From assembly GCA_035528395.1 (NCBI GenBank), contig DATKYR010000119.1, positions 1,702 to 65,701 of the forward strand: a stretch of DNA of 64,000 nt, in the 5' to 3' direction. A program made the position numbers and the translations under genes. Positions 1 to 8,844 of the stretch are shown here, in pieces (within the stretch, counting starts at the first letter, position 1; every line of letters begins with the position of its first letter). This DNA comes from Sedimentisphaerales bacterium. GTDB taxonomy: Bacteria > Planctomycetota > Phycisphaerae > Sedimentisphaerales > Anaerobacaceae. The notes under the pieces are model-generated. The model did no database searches. It was given only the letters and a program-made list of their open reading frames with translations, and had not been told where the DNA came from.

Positions 1-1
1 G

Positions 2-760
2 TTAGAGAACTACTCGCGCACTATTTTTAACCTTCGGGTGGACCGTGAAATTCGAGTTCTTGAACGGAGCGAAGCGCTCGATGCGTTGGGAATAACGCCG
101 GCCAAAACAGTTAAAATAGTTGCTTTTGAATCAAAAAACACGATGACCAACACAGGCACCAAGGCCTGGGAAAAAGAAACCGGACTGCTCTCAATCTGGA
201 TTCTTGGCATGTTCAATCCATCGCCTGCAACCACGATTGTCGTCCCGTTCAACGCGGGTACGGAGGATGAGCTTGGCCCGATCGTGAACGATGCCTATTT
301 CGGCAAGGTCCCTGCGAATCGGCTGGTTGTCAAGGACGGTGTGATGTTCTTTAGTGGTGACGGACAATACCGCAGTAAGATAGGTCTCTCGCCCCAACGT
401 GCCAGGCCAATAGCCGGCAGTTATGATACCGTCAATAAAGTCTTGACAATTGTCCAGTACAACAAACCTCAGACTGCTGCCGATTATGTAAACTCGATGT
501 GGGAGCTTCAGAAAGAACCGTACAAAGGTGACGTTGTTAATTCGTACAACGATGGTCCTTCTGAACCCGGCGCTAAACCGATGGGGCCATTTTATGAGCT
601 TGAAACATCATCCCCGGCGGCAGCCTTAAAACCCGGCGAGGCAATATCCCACATTCATCGTACTTATCATTTGCAAGGCCCAGAAGCTGACCTCGATACT
701 ATTGCCAAAGCAACGCTTGGAGTAACGATAGCCGAAATAAAGTCGGCACTTCCAAAATAG
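2..760 (+). CDS. conserved hypothetical protein, C-terminal fragment (5' end lies upstream of the window)
   Basis: The frame is open from base 2 (LENYSRTIFNLRVDREIR...) to TAG 758-760. The track ORF 38..760 only starts at an internal GTG. No catalytic motif recognised. Confidence 0.6.
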   Translation, partial: LENYSRTIFNLRVDREIRVLERSEALDALGITPAKTVKIVAFESKNTMTNTGTKAWEKETGLLSIWILGMFNPSPATTIVVPFNAGTEDELGPIVNDAYFGKVPANRLVVKDGVMFFSGDGQYRSKIGLSPQRARPIAGSYDTVNKVLTIVQYNKPQTAADYVNSMWELQKEPYKGDVVNSYNDGPSEPGAKPMGPFYELETSSPAAALKPGEAISHIHRTYHLQGPEADLDTIAKATLGVTIAEIKSALPK

Positions 761-897
761 CTCTTACCGTTTCTAAAAAGTTAGGTTAACATTTTAGCCA
801 TGTCGTTCCGGACCCATTCGGCCCATTCGGCTACGCTCAGGGCAAGCTTTTGTTTGCTCAGGGCGGGCTTTGATCCGGAACCCAGACTTTGGATTTT

Positions 898-1071
898 CCT
901 GGATTCCCGCTTTCGGGCCTGTTGCCAAAGTTCAAAAGGAACGTTTTGAGATTGCCGCGCGATTCTTCGAATCGCTCGCAATGACATGAAAACGAACTTT
1001 GCGTCATTGCGAGGAATGTAATGACGAAGCAATCTCGGCTTTTTCAACAGGCCCTTTCGCGGGCATGACAA
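898..1071 (+). repeat. interspersed intergenic repeat, family A, copy 1 (about 174 bp)
   Basis: A near-identical copy in the same orientation lies at 54953..55125, and a partial core lies at 3661..3713. It contains the hairpin GCGATTC-ttc-GAATCGC and inverted arms CGCAATGAC / GTCATTGCG. Confidence 0.85.
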
Positions 1072-1150
1072 AAAGTAATACTCACTTTTTGGAAATGGCA
1101 CTAAATTCCTCATGTGCTGATGTGTAATGTCCTGATTACAAAATTTCCTC

Positions 1151-1180
1151 TTGACTGGAAGATGAACAATTTGGTATAAA
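1151..1180 (+). promoter_or_regulatory. sigma70-like promoter with extended -10 (TTGACT - 18 nt - TGgTATAAA) for the 1410..3608 gene
   Basis: TTGACT is at 1151-1156 and TGGTATAAA at 1172-1180. The same geometry and near-identical sequence (TTGACnnGAAGAT...AAT.TGGTATAAATAA.ATTG) recur at 41661..41690 upstream of the paralogous gene. Confidence 0.6.
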
Positions 1181-1409
1181 TAAGATTGGTAAAACTTGTT
1201 TTAGAGCCTGCCTTAGTGAAAAAAGTCTGCCCTTGTAGCCGAAGGGTCGAATGACTGGGTATTGACGGATTTTAGTCTTTCGGCAGGCTGAATTTCTACA
1301 GTGTTTTTAAGTGAGTGAGGTGCTGAGTTTTAAGCAGGAGCTTCGTGCTTCGTGATTAAGATTTTTGCATTTCAATTAACATCCTATTATATTTCGAAGG
1401 AGGTTTATT

Positions 1410-3608
1410 ATGTCTAAGAAATTGGTTTATTTGGTTTTAGTCTTGGCCTTTTGCCTGGCGTCGTCGGTGCACGCCGCCACAATCGTCTGGGTGTCGGACA
1501 ACAAGACCCCTACAGACGGAGTCCCGGCTGACCAGCCCTGGTTGGACCTGCTTGAGGCCCAGGGGTACACCGTCAACCTTGACTTCCGTAATCAGGAAGG
1601 TCGCAGCCTCGATGCAGCAGAGATTGAGACTCTTAACGCTGCCGACCTTATCATTATCAGTCGCGACACCAGCAGCGGCGATTATGCTAACGGCGATGCG
1701 CCGACCCAATGGAACTCCATCGAGACGCCTATCATCATGCAAGTTGCACATATCGCCAGGAATAACCGATGGCTGTGGATAAATACAGACGCCTATAATG
1801 ACAGTCTTCCTCCTGCGATGGAAGCGTTGGATATCAGCCATCCTGTGTTCAATGGTGTGAACCTTGACAACAACAACCAGGTTCCGGTCATCACGGAGGA
1901 GGCCAGTTCCTTTCCAAGCATTACGGATGCGGGCAACGGTACGCTGCTCGCCAAGCGAGCAGACAACGACGAACTCTGGATAGTTGAGTGGGAAACAGAG
2001 CAGGAATTCTACGCTGGGTCGGGCCAGATTGCTGGTGGTCGGCGTATGTTATTTATCTCCGGCACGAACAGCGGCGTCGATGGTCGATACAACCTCACCG
2101 CCGACGGTGAAATAATGTTCCTCAACGCGGTCGGTTATATGCTTGGTGCCTCGAAACGTGTAAATGCTTATAAACCAGTCCCGGATGATGGTGTCATCTA
2201 TGAGGATACGTGGGTGAGCCTTGGCTGGTTGCCGGGAGATAATGCCGTCTCACACGATGTATATTTCGGTGACAATTTTGACTACGTGAATGACGGTGCC
2301 GAAAGCACGTTCCAGGGTAACCAGGTCGCTACGTTTCTTGTTGTCGGCTTTCCAGGATTTCCTTTTCCGGACGGCCTTGTTCCGGGCACGACATATTACT
2401 GGAGGATTGATGAGGTCAATGACACCGAGCCGAATAGTCCATGGAAAGGCGATGTCTGGAGCTTTATGATTGCTCCCAGAACCGCCTATAATCCCGACCC
2501 GGCTGATGCTGCCGAGCAGGTAGACCCGGATGCAAACCTTAGCTGGACGGCAGGTTTTGGTTCTAAATTGCACACCGTATATTTCGGCGACAATTTTGAC
2601 GATGTGAACAACGCCGCTGGTGGACTCCCACAGGGAACTGCAACCCATACTCCCGGCACACTTGAATTGGCCAAGACTTACTACTGGCGGGTCGATGAGT
2701 TTGATGCCGTCGCCACGTATAAAGGTAACGTCTGGAGCTTTACTACCCAGGGCGCCGTCGGAAGCCCGGACCCGTCTAACGGCGCTGTGGATGTAAAGCA
2801 GACACCGGTTCTTACCTGGTCGCCGGGAATCTATGCTGCTTCGCATGAGTTATACTTTGGCACAGATAAAGATGCCGTGAAAAATGCCGATACCGGCTCG
2901 CCGGAGTATAAAGGTACCAAGGACCTTGGGTCTGAGACCTATGACCCCGGAAAGCTTGAGTGGGAAAGCACTTACTACTGGAGGATTGACGAGGTCAATA
3001 ATACCAATCCAGACAGTCCGTGGGCAGGCATCCTCTGGAGCTTTACGACAGCCAACTTCCTTATCGTGGACGACTTCGAATCTTACAACGACCTTGACCC
3101 CGCCGACCCCGAGAGCAACAGGATATTTAATGTGTGGTTGGACGGATACGACGACCCGACAAACGGTTCTCTTGTTGGTTATGAGAATCCTCCGTTTGCC
3201 GAGCAAACTATCGTTCACAGCGGCAACCAATCGATACCGCTTTACTACGACAACAGTGTTGGTTACTCTGAGGCGACTCTGACTCTAACTTATCCGCGTG
3301 ACTGGACCGAGAATGGTGTCAGCACATTAACAATTTGGTTCAGGGGCGATTCGGCTAACGCTGCCGAGACTTTGTATGTTGCTCTCAACGGCAGTGCGGT
3401 GGTCAATCATGATAATCCAGATGCAGCGCAGATAACTAAATGGACCCAATGGGATATCGACCTGCAGGCGTTCGGCATAAACCTTGCCAATGTAAATACG
3501 ATTGCCCTTGGGTTAGGCAATAAGAACAATCCACAGGCTGGTGGTTCAGGTACAATGTACTTTGACGATATTCGTTTGTATCCTCCACCATCAGAGCTGG
3601 CACCTTAA
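1410..3608 (+). CDS. secreted multidomain protein: signal peptide, N-terminal flavodoxin/ThuA-like region, three ~90-100 aa tandem repeats, C-terminal ~185 aa lectin/CBM-like domain
   Basis: AGGAGG lies 7 nt upstream of the ATG. The signal peptide is MSKKLVYLVLVLAFCLASSVHA. Three repeats each carry SHDVYFG / HTVYFG / SHELYFG ... YYWR(I/V)DE ... VWSF(T/M). The C-terminal FLIVDDFESYND...MYFDDIRLY domain is shared with the 42222..44954 protein. Confidence 0.85.
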   Translation: MSKKLVYLVLVLAFCLASSVHAATIVWVSDNKTPTDGVPADQPWLDLLEAQGYTVNLDFRNQEGRSLDAAEIETLNAADLIIISRDTSSGDYANGDAPTQWNSIETPIIMQVAHIARNNRWLWINTDAYNDSLPPAMEALDISHPVFNGVNLDNNNQVPVITEEASSFPSITDAGNGTLLAKRADNDELWIVEWETEQEFYAGSGQIAGGRRMLFISGTNSGVDGRYNLTADGEIMFLNAVGYMLGASKRVNAYKPVPDDGVIYEDTWVSLGWLPGDNAVSHDVYFGDNFDYVNDGAESTFQGNQVATFLVVGFPGFPFPDGLVPGTTYYWRIDEVNDTEPNSPWKGDVWSFMIAPRTAYNPDPADAAEQVDPDANLSWTAGFGSKLHTVYFGDNFDDVNNAAGGLPQGTATHTPGTLELAKTYYWRVDEFDAVATYKGNVWSFTTQGAVGSPDPSNGAVDVKQTPVLTWSPGIYAASHELYFGTDKDAVKNADTGSPEYKGTKDLGSETYDPGKLEWESTYYWRIDEVNNTNPDSPWAGILWSFTTANFLIVDDFESYNDLDPADPESNRIFNVWLDGYDDPTNGSLVGYENPPFAEQTIVHSGNQSIPLYYDNSVGYSEATLTLTYPRDWTENGVSTLTIWFRGDSANAAETLYVALNGSAVVNHDNPDAAQITKWTQWDIDLQAFGINLANVNTIALGLGNKNNPQAGGSGTMYFDDIRLYPPPSELAP

Positions 3609-3660
3609 GACGGTGTTGAACTTGCGATTAGAATTGTGTGGTTGATACAAAGCTCTAAAA

Positions 3661-3713
3661 GTTTGAGATTGCCGCGTTCGCCTTTAGCGGACTCGCAATG
3701 ACAAACAAGAGGA
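3661..3713 (+). repeat. partial family A repeat core (GTTTGAGATTGCCGCG...CTCGCAATGACA)
   Basis: Matches the core of the 898..1071 and 54953..55125 copies, with a different central hairpin. Confidence 0.6.
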
Positions 3714-3733
3714 CAAGAGATTTACGTCAATTC

Positions 3734-3777
3734 GGGGCTTATACCGGGTGATTCGGTATAAGCCCCGTTTGCTTTTT
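3734..3777 (+). terminator. rho-independent terminator (GGGGCTTATACCG / CGGTATAAGCCCC, then GTTTGCTTTTT)
   Basis: A 13-bp perfect stem is followed by a T-rich tail. An almost identical hairpin, preceded by the same CAATTC, follows the paralogous gene at 45063..45104. Confidence 0.8.
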
Positions 3778-3919
3778 GGGGTGGATATGCAAAAGTAAAA
3801 TGAGATTTCCCTGGTTATCTGGTTTTGCATACGTTAATTCTTTTTTATAATAATTTTACAAAAGTTCATTTATAATATCATACATAGATATAAACAAAGC
3901 AGTCATACGAGAAAAGCAA

Positions 3920-4924
3920 ATGAAGAAAGCCCGTTCTTATGCACTTGTTCTTGTCGGTATCAGTATTCTTCTGGGAGGATGTAAAGCCAGGAAGGTCACT
4001 TTCGTAACAATAGGAACAGGGGGTGTAACGGGAATCTATTATCCTACAGGTGTCGCTATATGTCGAATGGTTAATAAGAAACTTGATGAGCACAATATTA
4101 AAGCAACCGTTGAATCGACAAGCGGCTCGGTGTTTAATGTTAATGCGGTTTTAAACGCAGAGCTGGTATTTGGTGTTGTTCAATCGGACAGACAATATCA
4201 GGCGTATAACGGATTAGCTGAATGGTCCAAATACGGAAAACAAACGGACCTAAGGTCCGTATTTTCGATTCACCCGGAATCAATCACCTTAATCGCATCA
4301 GAGAAAAGCGGCATCAGGGAAATTAAAGATTTAAAAGGCAAAAGGGTAAATCTTGGAAACCGCGGCTCCGGATATTTGCAGAACTCGAGGGATGTGCTAA
4401 AAGCGGTAGGTCTTGCTGAAGGGGATGACCTCTCTACCGAATACGTTAAAGCCGTAGAGGCACCCGGCTTATTGCAGGATGAAAGAGTTGATGCCTTCTT
4501 CTATACAGTGGGACATCCCAATGCTAACATTAAAGAAGCAACATCGGGAAGGATTAAGGTATTTATCGTACCTATCAAAGGGCCGGACATAAATAAGATG
4601 CTCGAAACGTATCCTTATTACGCGGAATCGACAATAGCTCATTCATTTTATCCCTACGCAAAGAATACCCAAGATATTGAAACAATCGGTGTAAAGGCAA
4701 CTTTTGTTACATCAAAGAATGTAAAAGAGGGTATTGTTTATGCTATAACAAAAGAGGTGTTTGAGAACTTCGAAGACTTTAAGTCCCTTCATCCCGCTTA
4801 CAAAGTGCTGACGAAACAGAACATGCTGAAGGGACTTACCGCTCCAATTCATAAAGGCGCTTTAAAATACTATAGAGAGGCCGGCCTCGATAAACACATA
4901 GATCCGAAACTCATAATTGATTAG
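3920..4924 (+). CDS. TRAP transporter solute-binding protein, TAXI family (lipoprotein)
   Basis: Has a lipobox ILLGGC. The TIGTGGVTGIYYPTG motif and C-terminal HKGALKYYRE are typical of TAXI receptors. It is directly followed (TAG then ATG) by the fused TRAP permease. Confidence 0.85.
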   Translation: MKKARSYALVLVGISILLGGCKARKVTFVTIGTGGVTGIYYPTGVAICRMVNKKLDEHNIKATVESTSGSVFNVNAVLNAELVFGVVQSDRQYQAYNGLAEWSKYGKQTDLRSVFSIHPESITLIASEKSGIREIKDLKGKRVNLGNRGSGYLQNSRDVLKAVGLAEGDDLSTEYVKAVEAPGLLQDERVDAFFYTVGHPNANIKEATSGRIKVFIVPIKGPDINKMLETYPYYAESTIAHSFYPYAKNTQDIETIGVKATFVTSKNVKEGIVYAITKEVFENFEDFKSLHPAYKVLTKQNMLKGLTAPIHKGALKYYREAGLDKHIDPKLIID

Positions 4925-6991
4925 ATGCTTTTAAGAAACGAAAGAAAAGCCGACCAGCCGTGCCAGAGACAGCACGTCTCGGCAGGTAAACTTATCATTG
5001 CTGTTGTCTCAATAGCATGGGCTTTGTTTCAATTAGCATTGCCGCGTTTAATAATACTCGATAGCACAACAGTAAGGGTGGTTCATCTGGCTTTTGCCAT
5101 AACGCTCGTATTTCTGACCTTCCGGGGCCGGTCCAAACGAAAGTGGAAAGCTGACGTCCCAAAAGCTGTAAGCCGTATCCCGCTTATGGATTATATCCTG
5201 GCGAGCCTGGCGTGTCTTTCTGTGCTGTACTTTGTCTTTGACTGGACGGGCATAACAATGCGGGCAGGCCTACCCATTACGCGGGATGTTGTTATAAGTG
5301 TTATACTAATCGTACTTCTGCTGGAAGCAACAAGGCGTGCGATTGGACCTGCCCTTGCCATTATTGCTATTTTGTTCACACTCTATGCCTTCTTAGGCCC
5401 TTATATGCCGTCGATATTTGCCTTTCGGGGTGTGTCACTGCGAAGATATCTCAGCCAGATTGCTCTGTCCACGGAAGGGATTTATGGTATTCCCCTTTAT
5501 GTTTCCGCCAATACGGTTTTTCTGTTTGTGCTATTGGGCTCAATGCTTGATAAAGTCGGGGCCGGACATTTTTTCAATGACCTTGCGCTCTCTTTACTTG
5601 GTCGATTCAAGGGCGGCGCAGCAAAGGCTGCCGTTGTCTCAAGCGGATTAGCAGGTCTTTTCTCAGGCTCAAGCATTGCTAATGTTGTTACAACGGGGAC
5701 CTTTACGATTCCCTTAATGAAGAAGGTCGGCTATCCAGGAAAGATTGCGGCGGCAACCGAGGTTGCTGCAAGTACTAACGGCCAGTTAATGCCTCCCATA
5801 ATGGGAGCAGCGGCATTTATTATCGCAGAATATTTAGGCATTGATTACCTTGATGTTGTTAAGGCTGCCGCCGTTCCTGCCTTTGTATCTTATTTTGGCC
5901 TGTTTTATATCGCCCATCTTGAAGCCTCAAAACTCGGAATGAAAGGCCTGCCTAAATCGGACATCCCCAAATTTCTGACCGTGCTGAAAAGTGGATTTCA
6001 TTACCTCATCCCGTTGATTGTTTTGATATATGAATTGATAATTATGCGTCACACCCCAAACCTGGCGGCTTTTAATGCAATACTTGTCCTGATTGTGATT
6101 GTCTTTGTACGGGAAATCATCAAAGCGCTAAAGAATGGCACTGCCGTTATAAAGGCTGCTATTAAAAGTGTCAGGACCATAACTGAAGGATTAATCGCAG
6201 GAGCGAGGAATATGCTCACTGTCGCATTAGCAACTGCTACTGCAGGTATTATTGTCGGCATCGTTTTCATGGGTCCAAGCGGCATGGTTGTTGAGATTGT
6301 AACAAGACTTTCTTTCGGTTATATATTCCCTGTGTTATTAATAACGGCAATTGCAAGTCTGATACTTGGAATGGGACTGCCGACAACGGCAACATATATT
6401 GTTATGGCAACAATCACAGTCCCTGTAATCAGAGAACTAAGTCCCGTAAACGGTGTTGGTTTTATTCTTATCCCTCCAATAGCTGCCCATTTGTTCTGTT
6501 TCTATTTTGGTATTCTTGCCGATGATACCCCACCCGTAGGACTCGCTGCCTATGCTGCCGCGGCTATTGCAAAATCCGACCCCATATCGACAGGGATTCA
6601 GGGATTCATATATGATTTGAGGACCGCCGTTATTCCGTTTATGTTTGTCTTTAATGCCGAGCTTGTCCTTCACCAAATCAATAATTGGCCTCAGGCACTG
6701 CTCATTTTTGTAATGGCGATATTCGGGGCGTTTGCCTTTACAAATGCAGTGCAGGGATGGTTCATAACAAAGAATAAATGGTATGAAATTCCTCTGTTTC
6801 TTATCGCATCACTTATATTGTTTTGGCCCGCTATCGTAACGAAGATTTTCAATCTCGATGATAATCTTAGATATTATATGTACTTTATTGGAATAGCCGT
6901 ATATAGTTTACCTTACCTTATTCAGAAGCTAAGACTTAAAGCATCAGAAGGGCAGGGGGGGCGCTACTCAAAATCCAATTCGAAGCTGTAA
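4925..6991 (+). CDS. TRAP transporter fused permease (4TM/12TM DctQ-DctM-like fusion)
   Basis: A 688-aa polytopic membrane protein that abuts the TAXI gene. This is the typical TAXI-associated fused permease architecture. Confidence 0.85.
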   Translation: MLLRNERKADQPCQRQHVSAGKLIIAVVSIAWALFQLALPRLIILDSTTVRVVHLAFAITLVFLTFRGRSKRKWKADVPKAVSRIPLMDYILASLACLSVLYFVFDWTGITMRAGLPITRDVVISVILIVLLLEATRRAIGPALAIIAILFTLYAFLGPYMPSIFAFRGVSLRRYLSQIALSTEGIYGIPLYVSANTVFLFVLLGSMLDKVGAGHFFNDLALSLLGRFKGGAAKAAVVSSGLAGLFSGSSIANVVTTGTFTIPLMKKVGYPGKIAAATEVAASTNGQLMPPIMGAAAFIIAEYLGIDYLDVVKAAAVPAFVSYFGLFYIAHLEASKLGMKGLPKSDIPKFLTVLKSGFHYLIPLIVLIYELIIMRHTPNLAAFNAILVLIVIVFVREIIKALKNGTAVIKAAIKSVRTITEGLIAGARNMLTVALATATAGIIVGIVFMGPSGMVVEIVTRLSFGYIFPVLLITAIASLILGMGLPTTATYIVMATITVPVIRELSPVNGVGFILIPPIAAHLFCFYFGILADDTPPVGLAAYAAAAIAKSDPISTGIQGFIYDLRTAVIPFMFVFNAELVLHQINNWPQALLIFVMAIFGAFAFTNAVQGWFITKNKWYEIPLFLIASLILFWPAIVTKIFNLDDNLRYYMYFIGIAVYSLPYLIQKLRLKASEGQGGRYSKSNSKL

Positions 6992-8844
6992 ACTCGGTCT
7001 TCCAGCTGGCTACTAATTTTACAGCCGCTCTTATGCAGCACCGCCATCATCGGTTTGTTATCTATCAGAACCTCAGCAGTGAAGCCGGCAATGCCGTTGC
7101 GTTTTGCAATCGTAACAAGGTACTTCAGCAAAAAGGTTCCAACACCGCGGTTCTGCCACTGGTCGCGAACAATAAAGGCTACCTCGGCGCGGTTGGTTCG
7201 TGGATTCAGATAGTAGCGACCGATGGCAATAATATCTTCCCCGTGTGCTTCACGTAAAGTCCCGACAATCGCCATATCGCTGCGGTAGTCGGTATACAGG
7301 AAGTTCAGGACCTCCTTCTGGGGTAATCGCGTTATGTTTGACATAAACCGATAGTGTATGGTCTGCTGGGAGAGCGAGTGGAAGAGGTCTCGCATCCGCC
7401 TCTCATCAGTAGGGTGCATAGTACGGAAGTTTATGAGCATTCCGTCTTCGAGCACCATCGAGGTCTTCAATTCCTGGGGACCGACAAAAACTTTCCCTTC
7501 GACAGCCGCCAAATCAGAACTAACGTAATTATCTTCGATGGCCTCTTTGAGCAATTCGGCACGAAATTTCGGATGGGCGATGCTTATAAGCGCCAAAGCA
7601 CGCTCCCGCAGGCTTTTACCGTAAAGGTAGGCAACACCATATTCGGTAACTACATAATGCACTTCACAGCAAGTAGCAGACACGCCTGCGTGGTGACTAA
7701 GATGGGCCACAATCCGCGAGATAGTACCGTGACTTCGAGTGGACTCCAAAGCAACAATCGATTTGCCTCCGGACGCTCTGGTGACCCCGTGAGTAAAGTC
7801 CATATGACTACCCAGCCCGGAGAACCCGGCCTCCAGCGAATGGGCACAGACCTGTCCTGTTAAATCCACCTCTTGTGCAACGCTGATGGCAACCATGTTA
7901 TGCTGCTGGCTTATGAGGTACGGGTCACTGACATACTCAGCGGGCCGGAAAGAGAAAACAGGATTGCCGTCAATATAATCATAAAGCTTCTGCGTGCCCA
8001 TGCACAAACTCGCTACTATTTTGCCGCGGTCGATGTTTTTTCGTGCTCCTGTTATCACTCCGGACTCAACAAGGTCAATGACGGCTTCGGAGAGTACTTC
8101 CGTGTGAATTCCAAGGTCATGCTTGTCTTTTAGAAACTCGACTACCGCCAGTGGAATGCGCCTGATTCCTAACTCCACTGTGGAGCCGTCCGGAATCAGG
8201 GCTGCTATGTACTCGGCGATGCAGCGGGATGTCTTCGTGGGCTTCGGCAGCGTCGCTTCAATAATGGGACTCTCACCCGGCACGAGAATGTCGATGTCGT
8301 GGACGTACAGCAGATTGTCTCCCATGGTCCACGGCATCTGAGGATTTACCTGGGCGATGACTAATCCGGCGTTCTCAGCAGCGCCCTTGGTGATATCAAC
8401 AGAGACTCCCAGAGAGCACATTCCCTGTTCGTTGGGTGGAGTAACCTGTATTAAAGCGACATCAACAGGCAGCTCACCTGAGCGGAACAGGCGTGGTATG
8501 TCGGAAAAAAATATCGGCGTGTAGTCCCCTAATTCCTGCGTTTCCTTAATGTTGCTTCCTATGAAGAAGCTGTGGATATGAAAATGTTTGGCCAATTCCT
8601 TGTGCCCATAAGACGGCTCAGCAAGGCTCATCAAATGTATAATTTCGATATCCTCTAATTCGGCGGCACGTTTGACTAAGGCTTTAACCAATGCCTGGGG
8701 CTGGGCACAACCGGTACCAATGAACACCCGCTGACCGGGACGTATGCGGGCAATAGCTTCCTCGGCTGAGGCAATCATGCTCCGGTAGTTTTCCTGCCAG
8801 CTCGCGGCCGTTTCTTTATTGTAGCCGGGATTGGATTCGTTCAT
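6964..8844 (-). CDS. bifunctional-architecture protein: acetyl-CoA hydrolase/transferase family domain fused to a C-terminal Pat-type GNAT acetyltransferase
   Basis: The N-terminal ~430 aa resemble 4-hydroxybutyrate/acetyl-CoA transferases. The C-terminal ~190 aa carry the GNAT acetyl-CoA loop QNRGVGTFLL. Its start codon directly abuts the stop of the upstream gene (TAAATG at 8842-8847). Confidence 0.75.
   Translation of the reverse strand: MNESNPGYNKETAASWQENYRSMIASAEEAIARIRPGQRVFIGTGCAQPQALVKALVKRAAELEDIEIIHLMSLAEPSYGHKELAKHFHIHSFFIGSNIKETQELGDYTPIFFSDIPRLFRSGELPVDVALIQVTPPNEQGMCSLGVSVDITKGAAENAGLVIAQVNPQMPWTMGDNLLYVHDIDILVPGESPIIEATLPKPTKTSRCIAEYIAALIPDGSTVELGIRRIPLAVVEFLKDKHDLGIHTEVLSEAVIDLVESGVITGARKNIDRGKIVASLCMGTQKLYDYIDGNPVFSFRPAEYVSDPYLISQQHNMVAISVAQEVDLTGQVCAHSLEAGFSGLGSHMDFTHGVTRASGGKSIVALESTRSHGTISRIVAHLSHHAGVSATCCEVHYVVTEYGVAYLYGKSLRERALALISIAHPKFRAELLKEAIEDNYVSSDLAAVEGKVFVGPQELKTSMVLEDGMLINFRTMHPTDERRMRDLFHSLSQQTIHYRFMSNITRLPQKEVLNFLYTDYRSDMAIVGTLREAHGEDIIAIGRYYLNPRTNRAEVAFIVRDQWQNRGVGTFLLKYLVTIAKRNGIAGFTAEVLIDNKPMMAVLHKSGCKISSQLEDRVYSFELDFE

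Noticed and set aside
781-1113. 110-aa minus-strand ORF between the first CDS and the secreted-protein gene
   Set aside because: It is built almost entirely from repeat sequence: family A copy 1 plus a GTTCCGGA/TCCGGAAC hairpin region. A similar pseudo-peptide arises from the second repeat copy at 54940..55182. There is no RBS or gene-like context.
3800-7000. Apparently more AT-rich composition of the TAXI-TRAP locus as evidence of horizontal transfer
   Set aside because: This is an impression by eye only. I cannot compute GC or codon statistics here, and there are no flanking mobility signatures.
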